From: Acidobacteriota bacterium
GTDB taxonomy: Bacteria; Acidobacteriota; UBA6911; RPQK01; JAJDTT01
Assembly (NCBI GenBank): GCA_965263035.1
Contig: OZ253580.1
Location: 4,288,001-4,352,000 of the forward strand
Direction: 5' to 3'
DNA: 64,000 bases
The notes under the pieces are model-generated. The model did not search any database and was not told the DNA's origin. It saw only the letters and a program-made list of their open reading frames with translations. Both the position numbers and the translations under genes were made by a program. Position 1 is the first letter of the stretch, and the number at the start of each line of letters is the position of its first letter. Shown piece by piece: positions 19,637-29,926 of the stretch.

Positions 19637-19670
19637 GTCGGTTTCCTCGGGGTTGAAGCGATTTCTGAAA

Positions 19671-22600
19671 TCAGAAGTTGAGACGAAGAGAGATCTGGAA
19701 TTGCCTCGGCGCGAACGCGGAGGTGTACGAGAACGGCTGCGTTACGGGGCCGACGCGCCCCTTGTAAGAGGACGGAAGCTCTTCCAACGTGAGCGTTCCC
19801 ACGTCGCCGTTGACGTGCTTGAAGTTGGTGCGGTTGAGCAGGTTGAACGCCTCGACGACGATGTCCACGCTCTTGTCCTCCATCAGGGAGATCCGGCGCT
19901 TCAGGCGCATGTCGATGCTGAAAAAGTTGGGTCCGATGCCGACGTTGCGTCCCAGGCCCCAGGGCCGGTGGGTGTCGGTGTGACGGTCGCCCACGTTGTC
20001 GTATCCCGCGTTGAGGTTGAAGGGGGCGAACGAGCGCGCGGCGAGGATGCCGGAAAGGGTCAGGTCGCCGAACACGTTGTGTCCGAATCCCTTTCCCCGG
20101 CCGGCTTTCCAGGGGAGTTTCGCCAGGGTGCGGACGACGAATCGGTGTCCCCGGTGGTAGGAGGAGAGGGCCAATTCCGCCCGGGCGTCCCATTGCAGAT
20201 GCGGTTGGAACGAGGAGTTGTAGTCGGTCATCTCGTCCATCGCCTTGCTCCAGGTGTGGTGGGCCGAGATCATGAAGCTGTTGGAAATGCGCTTCTCCAG
20301 TTGCAGGATCAGGGCGTGATAAAAGGAATTGGCCCAGTTGCCGTAGACGTTGTCCTGCAGGATCTCCGGTCTGCGAAAACCGACGATGGGCCTTCCCTCG
20401 GCATTGGTTCCGGCCCGGTAGATGTTGATGTCCAGCGGACGGACGATGTGGACGCCGCGGTTGAAGTTGTAGCCGGCCGAAAGGGAGAATCCGCCCGCCT
20501 CTCTCTGGATCTCGAGGCTGGCCTGTTGGGCGTAGGGGTTCACCATATCGTCGGCCACCGAGAACGCGACTCGCAAAGGGAGGTTGCGGGCGGGAACGAG
20601 CCCGTGGATGGCCAGATCCTCCGCCTGGATCTGCCGCTTGCCCAGGATGCCCCGAGCCAAGGCCGTCTGATAAATTTCCGCCGAGGTGAGCGGCTGTCCG
20701 GTCAGCGCACTGGTGAAGCCCTGGATGCCGGTCAGGGGGACGAAGGCTTGAAAGATCTGCTGCGATTCGTCCGAGAGCAGATCGTGGATGTAGGTGATCT
20801 GACCGTCGATCCGGCCGTGGAAGATCCCGTAGCCGCCTCGCACCACGGTCTTGGCGTCAGGGCTCCAGGCAAATCCCATCCGCGGTCCGAAGTTGTTGTT
20901 GTCCCGGGGGAAATCCGACTTGTGAAAGAGTTCGTAGCGCAACCCCAGAGTCAGCAGGAATTTGGGGTGGACGCGCCACGAATCCTCCAAAAAGAATCCG
21001 TAGTTGTGAGCCCATCCGCGCCAGTAGGGATTCCCGAAGCCTTGCTGGTAGACGATGGGGATGCCCAGCGCATAGGCCTGGAGTGAGGTGATGGGGTCGT
21101 CGACGGCCTCCGCCAGTTGAGGCCTGCCGGCCTGAATCAGCAATCCCTTGATCAGCGGGGAAATGGGAGCCCCGAGCGCGCCGTCGATCAGAGCCGACAG
21201 GGGCACCGCCTCGCCGAAGATGAATCGTCCGCTGAAGAAGGTCTCGGACCGGACGCTGTCGTAGAAGGGATTGATGTCCGCACCGACCTTCACCGTATGC
21301 CCTCCGGAGACGTAGGTGAAGTTCTGCCGGGCCTGCGCCATGCGTTCGACGTTCCGGGTCGGCAGGATGAAGTCCCGTCCGAAATTCCCGAATCCGTTGA
21401 TGTCGATGGAGGGGCCGTGCGGGTCGGTGGGGAAGACGCCGAAGTCGTGGTACCCGACGGCCAACCAGGTTTCGCTGATCCATTCCGGACTGATCACCCA
21501 GTTGTTTCCCAGGCCGATAGTGAAATCGTTCAGGTCGCTGTTGCGTCCCCGGCTGCGGGCCACCAGCGAACCGAAGTTGGTGTTCTGACTGTTCTGTCCC
21601 GTCCAGTTTCCTCGAAAGAAGAGATTGTGTCCGGGCCCTACCGCATGGTCGATGCGGGCGATGAACTGCTGCCGTTCTTCCGAGAAGGGGAAGACTCCGC
21701 TGTTGCTCTCGAACAACTGGACCACGTGGGGATAGTTTCCCGGAATCAAGGATTGGACCAGTTGCTGTGCCGCCGGGACCAGAAATGGCGGAGCGGCGGG
21801 ACTGGTGAGCAAATCGGCCAGGGCCTTCTGAGTGGGGGTCAGCTCGTAGAGAAACGACCTGTCCCGGAGCAGGGGTACGAACGACGACTCGTGACGGTCG
21901 AGGCGTTCGTAGGCGGTGAAGAAAAACGTCCTGTCGCGCAGGATGGGGCCGCCGAAGGACCCTCCGCTCTGGGCCCGGGTGTAGGCCGACTCGGACGGAT
22001 CGAAGTAGTTGCGGGCCTGGAAGTGGCGGTTGCGGAGCACTCCGAAGATGGACCCGCGAAATTCGTTGGTCCCTCCCTTGGTGACGATGTTGATGGCGCC
22101 ACCGGGCGCGCCGCCCAATTCCGCGGAGAACGAATTGCGATTGATCTGAAACTCCTGCACCGCCTCCTGGGTGATGGAGGACCGGACCGCGCCGGTGCCG
22201 TAGTTGTTGTTCAGGCCGTCGATGGTGAAGGTGTTGCCGCGCCCACCGCCGCCGCCGATGCCCAGTCCCGACGCGGGCGTCGGGGCGATGCGGAAGTCCC
22301 GGTCGTCCGCCACGTAGTTCGAGTCCACCACTCCTGGAGTCAGGAGCGCCAGGTCCAGATAGTCGCGGCGGTTGATGGGAAGGTCCTCGATGCTGGTGGA
22401 ATCGATATGGTTGGACTGTTGGGTCTTGTCGTGGGCGATCACCGCCCCGGTCGCTTCCGCAGTGATGACGATGGCCTCGGCGGCCACCACGATCTCCGGA
22501 GAGAAAGTCTGGGTTTCTCCGACCATCACCTGCAGATCCTGGACCACGTAGGGAGCGAACCCCGGCAGCTCGAAGCGGATCGTGTAGAGCCCGGGATCGA

Positions 22601-22862
22601 CCCGGCTCAGGACGTATTCGCCGAGATCCGAAGTGATGGCTTCCCGGGCCACGCCCCGGCCCTGGTAGGTGGCGGTGACGGTGACGCCGGGGAGGACGGC
22701 CCGGGTCACATCGTAGACGTAGCCGCGGATGGTTCCGGTGTCGGTCTGGGCCGGCAGCAGGACGGCTCCGGCCAGCAGCACCGCCGCCGCGATCCCCGGC
22801 CGATGCAGGGAGCGGCATAAGCGAGGAAAAGAGAAAAGAGAGAGAAGGCTTCTGATCGGCAT
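19671..22862 (-). CDS. TonB-dependent receptor (carboxypeptidase-regulatory-like N-terminal domain, Oar-like)
   Basis: GTIRGYVYD...LPGVTV, LPINRRDY..LALLTPG, AVQEFQI..NSFSAE.G, NNFGPRMGFAWSP; terminal RQFQISLRLNF. Confidence 0.92.
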   Translation of the reverse strand: MPIRSLLSLFSFPRLCRSLHRPGIAAAVLLAGAVLLPAQTDTGTIRGYVYDVTRAVLPGVTVTATYQGRGVAREAITSDLGEYVLSRVDPGLYTIRFELPGFAPYVVQDLQVMVGETQTFSPEIVVAAEAIVITAEATGAVIAHDKTQQSNHIDSTSIEDLPINRRDYLDLALLTPGVVDSNYVADDRDFRIAPTPASGLGIGGGGGRGNTFTIDGLNNNYGTGAVRSSITQEAVQEFQINRNSFSAELGGAPGGAINIVTKGGTNEFRGSIFGVLRNRHFQARNYFDPSESAYTRAQSGGSFGGPILRDRTFFFTAYERLDRHESSFVPLLRDRSFLYELTPTQKALADLLTSPAAPPFLVPAAQQLVQSLIPGNYPHVVQLFESNSGVFPFSEERQQFIARIDHAVGPGHNLFFRGNWTGQNSQNTNFGSLVARSRGRNSDLNDFTIGLGNNWVISPEWISETWLAVGYHDFGVFPTDPHGPSIDINGFGNFGRDFILPTRNVERMAQARQNFTYVSGGHTVKVGADINPFYDSVRSETFFSGRFIFGEAVPLSALIDGALGAPISPLIKGLLIQAGRPQLAEAVDDPITSLQAYALGIPIVYQQGFGNPYWRGWAHNYGFFLEDSWRVHPKFLLTLGLRYELFHKSDFPRDNNNFGPRMGFAWSPDAKTVVRGGYGIFHGRIDGQITYIHDLLSDESQQIFQAFVPLTGIQGFTSALTGQPLTSAEIYQTALARGILGKRQIQAEDLAIHGLVPARNLPLRVAFSVADDMVNPYAQQASLEIQREAGGFSLSAGYNFNRGVHIVRPLDINIYRAGTNAEGRPIVGFRRPEILQDNVYGNWANSFYHALILQLEKRISNSFMISAHHTWSKAMDEMTDYNSSFQPHLQWDARAELALSSYHRGHRFVVRTLAKLPWKAGRGKGFGHNVFGDLTLSGILAARSFAPFNLNAGYDNVGDRHTDTHRPWGLGRNVGIGPNFFSIDMRLKRRISLMEDKSVDIVVEAFNLLNRTNFKHVNGDVGTLTLEELPSSYKGRVGPVTQPFSYTSAFAPRQFQISLRLNF

Positions 22863-23330
22863 GATGGGAATCTCCCGAGTAAATCGGCTAGGCCATCCCG
22901 GCCAGCAGGGTATTTCGAGCCGAATGGACACGGACCTTGGAGTAATGGAGAACCCGGCAGAGCTCCCGGCCGGTTTCGTCCATGACCGGCGTCGGCTGTC
23001 GCAGGATGAACTCGGCCAGGTCCGGAGCCTTGTGGTTGAACGCGACATGGGCCATCTCCAGCCGATCGATGGCCGACGCCTTATCCAAATCGAAATCGGG
23101 GGCCAGGAGCGGTCCCGTATCGATCTGGTAGGAGTTGTCCTGGGGCATGAAGTTCATGGTCTTGACGGGATATTCGATAACGTACCGTAGCGGACGCTGG
23201 GGGTCCTTGATTTCGGTGCGTCCCACCAGAGGGTGGTTGGCCCCGGTCGCCTCATTGACCTCGGTGGGCGTTCGGAGAACTCTCATGTTCGGAAAGGGGA
23301 TTATGTACAAAAGTGACGAAACCCTGGCCC

Positions 23331-23507
23331 TCAATCCCTCTTCTCCGGCCGTTCAATCCACTCAACATCAACGGGTTGGAACATGGCTTGGAACAACTCA
23401 TCGAAGGAACAGTCCAGTTTGACTTCCTCCTCCAGTTCCACCTTGGAGGGTTGATAGGACGACTTCACCAGTTTGACCTTTCGGGGCTTGGGCCGTTGGC
23501 GTTTCAT
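23331..23507 (-). CDS. Small 58-aa passenger ORF inside the IS (absent from the supplied ORF track)
   Basis: Hand translation MKRQRPKPRKVKLVKSSYQPSKVELEEEVKLDCSFDELFQAMFQPVDVEWIERPEKRD*; ends 35 nt inside the IR boundary. Confidence 0.55.
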   Translation of the reverse strand: MKRQRPKPRKVKLVKSSYQPSKVELEEEVKLDCSFDELFQAMFQPVDVEWIERPEKRD

Positions 23508-23565
23508 GTGCAGTCCAGCAGGCTGCGTTGTGTGGATAGCGGCTTTCCCGCGTAGGGGTGTGTCA

Positions 23566-23790
23566 TCAGGGGAAGTGCTGGAAACCTGTGGTCAAAGGAT
23601 TCCGCAATCGACCACGTTCGGCAAACGCCCGGAATGGGGCGAGGTCTCCGCCCTGGTCTGAATACAGAATATTGTAATCTTGATTCGAGTTGAAAGGGGG
23701 GTCCAGGTAAATCAGGTCAACGCACTGGTCATCCCACTGGCTCCAGTCCAAACCGTCTCCGTAAATTAACCTCCCAGGCTCCAGGCTCAC
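23566..23790 (-). pseudogene. Truncated amino-DNA methyltransferase (N-terminal fragment) inside the IS
   Basis: LIYGDGL...VDLIYLDPPFNS is the DPPF catalytic motif; GTG start overlaps the transposase stop (GTGA); no FxGxG SAM-binding motif remains. Confidence 0.8.
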
Positions 23791-24734
23791 CCCACCAGGT
23801 CCTTGTAACGCAGCCACTTCCCGTTCATCCGGCCGATGACGTGAGCCATCTGGTCCAGCGTGTCCTTGTTTCTCATGTTGTGACGGCCTGCAAACTCCCC
23901 GATGTAGCGGTGAAGATGCGCTCTGGAAATCTTGTGGAAAGTTCCAGTGTGCGCCCTTTTGAGCATCGACCAGAACGACTCGACGCCATTGGTGTGAACC
24001 GGACCCCTGACGAATTCCAGGGCTGAATGACGGACCGTTTCATGGTTCTTCAGAGAAGAATATGGGCGGGCGTCATCCGTGTAAACCGTCGTTCCAAGCT
24101 GCGTGTTGTCCAGCACGTAACCCTGGAGGGTCTTGGCCGTTGTGTCCTCGACAACCTGGGCCCGGACCTCGTTGGTCTGCCGGTCCTTGAGTCCCACAAC
24201 CGCCGTTTTGCCCACCGGCCCGCGTCCCGTCAGTTGCTTCCGTTTCTGGTTGCTCATATTCCGACGCTTGCCACCGAAATACGATTCGTCCGCCTCGACC
24301 GGGCCGAAGAATCGGATCGTCGGGTCGTCGTTCCAGGTCTCCCGAATCCGGTGAATCAGGTGCCATGCCGACTTCTGAGTGATGCCAAGATCACGATGCA
24401 GTTTCATACTGGAGACACCCTTCAGGTGAGTCGAGACGACATAGATGGCATAGAGCCAGCTCCGGCACCCAAGTTTGGAGCAAGCCATGGGCGTCCCGGT
24501 CTTGACGCTGAACCACTTACCGCACTCCTTTTCACGGCAGCGATAAGGCATCGTCCGGTGCTTGGTCTGGGTCTGAACGTTGACCGATCCGCAACGGGCG
24601 CAGCAGACCTCATCGGGCCACCGCTTCTTCGCGACCCATGCTTCTGCCGCCTTGTCGTTCGGGAACTTGGCAAAGAACTGACTCACCGAGAGTCCCTGAC
24701 GGAAGTGCTTTCCAGGTGCCTTATGTCTTTTCAT
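23787..24734 (-). CDS. IS1595-family DDE transposase
   Basis: Zinc ribbon CARC..CREKEC, KGVSSMKLHRDLGITQKSAW HTH, VEADESYFGG, YTDD, HTNGVESFWS and YIGEFAGRHN. Confidence 0.95.
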   Translation of the reverse strand: MKRHKAPGKHFRQGLSVSQFFAKFPNDKAAEAWVAKKRWPDEVCCARCGSVNVQTQTKHRTMPYRCREKECGKWFSVKTGTPMACSKLGCRSWLYAIYVVSTHLKGVSSMKLHRDLGITQKSAWHLIHRIRETWNDDPTIRFFGPVEADESYFGGKRRNMSNQKRKQLTGRGPVGKTAVVGLKDRQTNEVRAQVVEDTTAKTLQGYVLDNTQLGTTVYTDDARPYSSLKNHETVRHSALEFVRGPVHTNGVESFWSMLKRAHTGTFHKISRAHLHRYIGEFAGRHNMRNKDTLDQMAHVIGRMNGKWLRYKDLVG

Positions 24735-25550
24735 ATCAACCCCTTACAGCTAACACTATACAGCATGGCGCTGACATTTCTCGTCACTATTGTATATAAT
24801 CCCCTTCGGAAAGGTCACCACGTCGATGACGAGGGACCGAAATTTGTCTTTGACCAAACTTCCGACCGACCCTCCTCCCCGGTAGGTCATCCCCTTTCCG
24901 ACGCTCCGGCGCCGATCCAGGGAATAGATCACGCGGTACTCGGCGCTGGGGATCTGGAAGAGACGGTCTTCCTTGTAGACACGTTCGGTCCGGCAGGGCT
25001 GGATCAGAATGAAACGCTCGCTGCCGCCGCTGGAATCGTCGATGACGTCGATCATGGCGTCCAACTGGATGCGGGCCATGTTCCCGAAGGGAATGTCGTG
25101 TTTCTCGGTGTAGGCCGGGGGAGGCAAGTCCCAGGTCATGAAGGAGGCCTGGAAGTTGCAGGCCGGCGGGACGCTCCCGCCGCTACCGGTTGAAGACTCG
25201 TTCGCCGGCGCGCTGCAGGCCATGGGAAGGATCCAACCGCCGCCGGCAAGAGCCATTCCCAGTTCCCGCTGAAAATGCCGTCGCGTGGGTCGACTCGAAT
25301 GGGCGGTCATCTCGATGGCAGTACGATTTTGAGATCTTCGTTACCTTAGTCGATTGAAAATCATCGTACCATGGGCGAACGACGCATCCTACCACCTCCC
25401 CCCCGGGAGCAACCGACAGGGAAAAAGATACCCACGCCGGGAGGATGGAAGCTCTGGAGCCGGCGATGGCCCGCGGTCCCCGGCTCTGTCGGCAGCCCGT
25501 GGCGACTTCAGGAGCGGACTGCTATGGTGCCGGGTCAAGGAGCGTCGCAA

Positions 25551-26651
25551 ATGAAGATCACCGATGTGACCGTACAGTGCTATTCCTGGCCGCGTCCCCG
25601 GCCCATCAGCAACGGCAAATACACCTATGCCACGGTGCGGCTGAATCTGGTCCGCGTGCACACCGATGAAGGGCTCTCCGGCGTGGGGTGGGCGGGAGGT
25701 CCCGGCTTGTCGGCTCCCATGACCGTCGCGCTGGTGGAACATTTCAAGGAAGCCCTGGTTGGAGAGGACCCGTTCAATTACCGTCGGATCTGGGAGAACA
25801 TGTGGCGGCCCAAGGTCGTGGGCCGGCGCGGTCTGACCACCTGGGTCATCAGTGCGGTGGACATCGCCCTCTGGGACCTGATGGGGAAGGCCCTCGGGAA
25901 ACCGGTTCACAAGCTTCTGGGAGGGTTTCGCGACCGTATTCCCACCTATGTCGCCGGCGGCTACTACGAGGAGGGGAAGGGCCTCCGGGAGTTGGCTCAG
26001 GAAATGGAGGAGAGCCTGGATTTGGGGGCCCGGGCGGTGAAAATGAAGATCGGGGGTGTGGAGATCAACCAGGACGTAGAGCGGGTTCGAGTCGTTCGCG
26101 AGACGATCGGTCCCGACATCAAGCTGATGGTCGATGCCAACAACGCCTACGTTGCCTACCAAGCCGTTGAGATCGCCAGGAAGATGGAACCGTACGATGT
26201 TTTCTGGTTCGAGGAGCCGGTGGCGCCGGACGACTACGAGGGACACGCCCGGGTCGCCCGATCCAGCTCCATTCCCGTGGCCACGGGCGAGAACGAATAC
26301 ACGCGCTATGGCTTCCGGGACCTGATCCAGCACGGTTCGGCGTCCATTCTCAACGCCGACGCCCAGATCCTGGGCGGAATCACCGAATTCATGAACGTGG
26401 CCTCGCTGGCGGCGGCCCACGACCTGCACATCGCCCCCCACGGCGCCCAGGAGGTGCACATCCACCTGGTGGCCGCCATTCCCAACGGCCTCATTCTGGA
26501 GTTCTATCGGGAGACGGTGAACCCTCTGCACGGCCGGATCTTCAAGGAATCGCTGACCCTGGACGCCGACGGTTGCGTGAGCGTTCCCCAGACCCCGGGA
26601 CTGGGCATGGAGCCGAACTGGGAAGTGCTGGAGCCGTACCGGGTGGTTTGA
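25551..26651 (+). CDS. Mandelate racemase/muconate lactonizing enzyme (enolase superfamily)
   Basis: ISAVDIALWDL.GK, KMKIG, MVDAN, WFEEP and ATGENE motifs. Confidence 0.93.
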   Translation: MKITDVTVQCYSWPRPRPISNGKYTYATVRLNLVRVHTDEGLSGVGWAGGPGLSAPMTVALVEHFKEALVGEDPFNYRRIWENMWRPKVVGRRGLTTWVISAVDIALWDLMGKALGKPVHKLLGGFRDRIPTYVAGGYYEEGKGLRELAQEMEESLDLGARAVKMKIGGVEINQDVERVRVVRETIGPDIKLMVDANNAYVAYQAVEIARKMEPYDVFWFEEPVAPDDYEGHARVARSSSIPVATGENEYTRYGFRDLIQHGSASILNADAQILGGITEFMNVASLAAAHDLHIAPHGAQEVHIHLVAAIPNGLILEFYRETVNPLHGRIFKESLTLDADGCVSVPQTPGLGMEPNWEVLEPYRVV

Positions 26652-26690
26652 CGGGAGCAACGACCGTCGGCTACGGAAGGCGGTTGGAGA

Positions 26691-27245
26691 CTACCTGGCG
26701 GGTTGCTTCACGCGAGTCTGCGTGGATCGGACATCCAGGAGCACGTTGCCCCTGTTGTCCTTCATGAACAGATTCGATTCGTGTTTCCCGTCGCCGACAA
26801 AACGATCCACGATCTTGCCCTTGAGGCCGGCGCCAAAGTCGACGTATTCCCAGGTCATGGTCGCGGATTCGTCCTCCCAGGCGCCGCTCCAGAAGCTGTT
26901 CGAGCCGTCGGACGAAAAGACCCACTTGTGATATTTGCCGCTCTTCGATTCGTAGCGCTGGAGCTCGCGGGTCTCATATTCTCCGGCGTGGCTGGAGATC
27001 TGCTGGTATCGGCCATTCAGAATCCACTCGGCCTTCACAGTTCCTGACAGTTTCTGGAACTTGACCGACCATGCCGCCGGTCTGATTTCGATCTGAGAAT
27101 TCCACATTCCAAGCCATTTTTTCAGGGCCGTATCGCCGGGTGCTTCCTTTGCCGGTCCTGAGGCAGTCGTGTACGCCGTTAACAGTACGAGTGCGGCCAG
27201 CGGGATTCCCGGCCGGGTAGCGAAAGTACCTCTATCCCGCCCCAT
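26691..27245 (-). CDS. Secreted hypothetical protein, DUF1579-like
   Basis: Signal-like segment followed by LKKWLGMW...EWILNGRY...KYHKWVFSSDG. Confidence 0.55.
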   Translation of the reverse strand: MGRDRGTFATRPGIPLAALVLLTAYTTASGPAKEAPGDTALKKWLGMWNSQIEIRPAAWSVKFQKLSGTVKAEWILNGRYQQISSHAGEYETRELQRYESKSGKYHKWVFSSDGSNSFWSGAWEDESATMTWEYVDFGAGLKGKIVDRFVGDGKHESNLFMKDNRGNVLLDVRSTQTRVKQPAR

Positions 27246-27420
27246 CGCCTTGCTTCCTCTTGAGTTTCGACAGCAGTAGGGTTCCCAACCCCAGCAGGAT
27301 CTCGTCCGCAAAGGGGACGACATCGGGGACCAGGAGGTCCAGAAAAAAGATACCGGCCGTGAGCACGAACAGGTAGGGGAAGCGAAGCTGCGAGAGAAAA
27401 TCCGAAATTGTCGATGGCAT
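27232..27420 (-). CDS. Small membrane protein, DUF6116-like
   Basis: LRFPYLF......DLLVPD..PF.DEILLG motif. Confidence 0.7.
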   Translation of the reverse strand: MPSTISDFLSQLRFPYLFVLTAGIFFLDLLVPDVVPFADEILLGLGTLLLSKLKRKQGDGAG

Positions 27421-27568
27421 GGTGTCGCGGCTCGAAAGCGTCGCCAGTTTAGCAGATCGAATCGGCTCGACCGGTCGCCATCAGGGGCCCGCACCAATTG
27501 GCATTCCCGCCGGTGCAAGTGTATTCTGCCGCCGTTTTCGCTTACTGGAACCCGTAAGGAGATCAATC

Positions 27569-28366
27569 ATGCGGCTGCAGGATCGGGTCGCCGTGGTGAC
27601 CGGCGGCGGGGGTGGCATCGGCTCCGGCATCTGTCTGGCTCTGGCTCGTGAAGGGGCCGACGTGGTGGTGTCGGACATCGACCTGGAAGCGGCGGAACGC
27701 TGTGCCTCCCAGGTGCGGGAAGAGGGGCGGGGGGCCCTGACGGTTCGGGCGGACGTCACTGTCGCTCAGGATTGTCTCGACCTGGTGGAAGCCGGCCTGA
27801 AGGCGTTCGGCAAGGTCGACGTCCTGGTCAACAACGCCGGACTCTTCGGCAAGCGCCTCGGCATGCCCTTCACAAACCAGGAGGAAGAGGACTGGGACAA
27901 CTGCTACCGGGTCAACGTCAAAGGGCCGTTCCTGCTCTCCAAGGCAGTGGCGCCGCACATGATGGAGCGGCGGTACGGCAAGATCATCAACATTTCCTCC
28001 ATTGCCGCCCGGCGGGATGCCCAGATCCTCCCCGACTACACCGCCGCCAAGAACGCCGTGCTGAGCCTGACCCGGGTCACGGCCAAGGATCTGGCCCCCT
28101 ACAATGTCACGGTGAACGCGATCTGCCCGGGCATGATCTGGTCCCCCTTCTGGCACCGGTTGGCTCCCATGATCGCCGCGCATCCCGATTACGCCGGACT
28201 GGAGCCTCGCCCGATGTTCGAAAAATACGTCAAGGACGCCATCCCCATGCAGCGGGAGCAGACTCCCGAGGACATCGGCCACCTGGCGGCCTTCCTGGCC
28301 TCGGACGAGGCTCGCAACATCACGGGACAGACCATCTGCGTGGACGGCGGCGCGGCCATGGGATAA
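27569..28366 (+). CDS. Short-chain dehydrogenase/reductase
   Basis: TGGGGGIG, NNAG, YTAAK, VNAICPG and VDGG motifs; AAGGAG RBS. Confidence 0.93.
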   Translation: MRLQDRVAVVTGGGGGIGSGICLALAREGADVVVSDIDLEAAERCASQVREEGRGALTVRADVTVAQDCLDLVEAGLKAFGKVDVLVNNAGLFGKRLGMPFTNQEEEDWDNCYRVNVKGPFLLSKAVAPHMMERRYGKIINISSIAARRDAQILPDYTAAKNAVLSLTRVTAKDLAPYNVTVNAICPGMIWSPFWHRLAPMIAAHPDYAGLEPRPMFEKYVKDAIPMQREQTPEDIGHLAAFLASDEARNITGQTICVDGGAAMG

Positions 28367-28441
28367 TGGACCGTGCCGGGCCGGGACCGGCGGGTTCTAC
28401 CGCAACCGCGGGATCGGGTATGCGAACGGAGGCATAGCACC

Positions 28442-29890
28442 ATGGTTTTGGACCACGAGTTGGCGTATCTGTCCCTCTATCGACTCCGGGAGCTCATCGC
28501 GGCCCGGGAACTGTCGCCGGTGGAGCTGGTAGAGGCCACCCTGGCAAGGATCGAGCGGTACAATTCCAAGCTGGGCGCCTTCATCACCATCACCGACGAT
28601 CTGGCCCTGGAGCAGGCGCGGGAGGCGGAGGCGGCCGTCCTGGCCGGGGACCCTCTCGGTCCGCTTCACGGCATTCCCGTACCCATCAAGGATCTGGAGG
28701 GCGTCAAGGGTGTGCGTTTCACCCACGGCTCGGTGCCGGCCGAGGAGATCGCGGCCAGCGACGCCCTCTGCGTGGAGCGAGTGAAGAACGCCGGCGGAAT
28801 CATCATCGGGAAGACCAACACGCCCGAGTTCGGTTTCTCGGGGACCACCGAGAATCTGGTCTATGGTCCCTGCCGCAATCCCTGGAACACGGAACGGACG
28901 TCCGGCGGCTCCAGCGGGGGAGCGGGCGCGGCGGTGGCGGCCGGCCTCACCGCCGTGGCCCAGGGCAGCGACGGAGGTGGGAGCGTGCGCATCCCCTGTG
29001 CTCTGAATGGGATCTTTGGGCTCAAGGCCACCCAGGGGCGCATTCCGCGCCGGCACGCGGACATGAGCTCCTGGAACCCCATCAACAACTCGTCGGTCGG
29101 TCCCATGACCCGGACCGTCCGGGACGCTGCCATCTTGACGGCCGCGCTGGCCGGGCCCGCTCCGGACGCCGAGTACGGAACCATCCAGGAGGCCCCTCCC
29201 GATTTCGAGGCGGCGCTGGGCCGGGGAGTCGGCGGTCTGAGGGTCGCGCTCAATCTGGATCTGGGGGGAGCCGCCGTGGACTCCCAAGTGACGGAGCGGG
29301 TTTCGGCAGCGGCCCGGGTCTTCGAGGAGTTGGGCGCCCGAGTGGAGGAGGTGGACTTCGGCCCCGAACCGAACGATGAGATGTTCCGGAATTTCTTCGA
29401 CTACTTCTCGGCCAAGGGCTACGCCTGCCTCGGCCAGTTGCTGGACGATCCCGGGTCTCGGGAACAACTCACCGACTATTTCAGGGCCACTTTGGAGCAT
29501 GGCCGCGGCCTGTCGGCGGCGGATTGTTACCGCGCGCTCAACAAGATCGGATTCTATCGGGCCGAGACGGCGCGACTGTTCGGCCGTTACGACCTCCTTC
29601 TCACCCCCGTGACTTCGGTACCGGCGTTTCCCATCGGCCGGCCTCCGGAGGTGGTGGCGGGCCGCCGGCTCTCCAATCCGTCTTGGCGCTTCTTTCCCTT
29701 CACCTTCCCGTTCAACTTGTCGGAGGATCCGGCCGCCAGCGTCCCGTGTGGTTTCTCCGACGACGGGATGCCCATCGGGCTGCAGATCGTGGGCCGTTGG
29801 GGCGACGAAGAGACGGTGCTGGCCGCTTCGGCGGCTTTCGAGGAGGCTCGGCCCTGGGCTCACAGGCGCCCTGCCGAATTCGACGTCTGA
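28442..29890 (+). CDS. Amidase signature family protein
   Basis: GPLHGIPVPIKDL, GKTNTPEFG, GGSSGG and GSDGGGSVRIP motifs. Confidence 0.93.
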   Translation: MVLDHELAYLSLYRLRELIAARELSPVELVEATLARIERYNSKLGAFITITDDLALEQAREAEAAVLAGDPLGPLHGIPVPIKDLEGVKGVRFTHGSVPAEEIAASDALCVERVKNAGGIIIGKTNTPEFGFSGTTENLVYGPCRNPWNTERTSGGSSGGAGAAVAAGLTAVAQGSDGGGSVRIPCALNGIFGLKATQGRIPRRHADMSSWNPINNSSVGPMTRTVRDAAILTAALAGPAPDAEYGTIQEAPPDFEAALGRGVGGLRVALNLDLGGAAVDSQVTERVSAAARVFEELGARVEEVDFGPEPNDEMFRNFFDYFSAKGYACLGQLLDDPGSREQLTDYFRATLEHGRGLSAADCYRALNKIGFYRAETARLFGRYDLLLTPVTSVPAFPIGRPPEVVAGRRLSNPSWRFFPFTFPFNLSEDPAASVPCGFSDDGMPIGLQIVGRWGDEETVLAASAAFEEARPWAHRRPAEFDV

Positions 29891-29926
29891 CACCCAGGCT
29901 GCAAGGTCCATCAAGGAGTGATCGAC

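Larger units (their letters stand above)
23296..24804 (-). mobile_element. IS1595-family element, 1509 bp, with 8-bp target duplication
   Basis: Left IR GGGGATTATGTACAAAAGTGACGA and right IR (reverse complement) GGGGATTATATACAATAGTGACGA match at 22/24; TTCGGAAA repeated at 23288-23295 and 24805-24812. Confidence 0.96.
22888..25310 (-). pseudogene. Paralog of the Tat lipoprotein 18737-19636, split by IS1595
   Basis: 5' part (25310-24805) reads ...IDVVTFP and 3' part (23295-22888) continues NMRVLRTP..., matching VVTFPNTRVLQTP of the intact copy. Confidence 0.92.
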
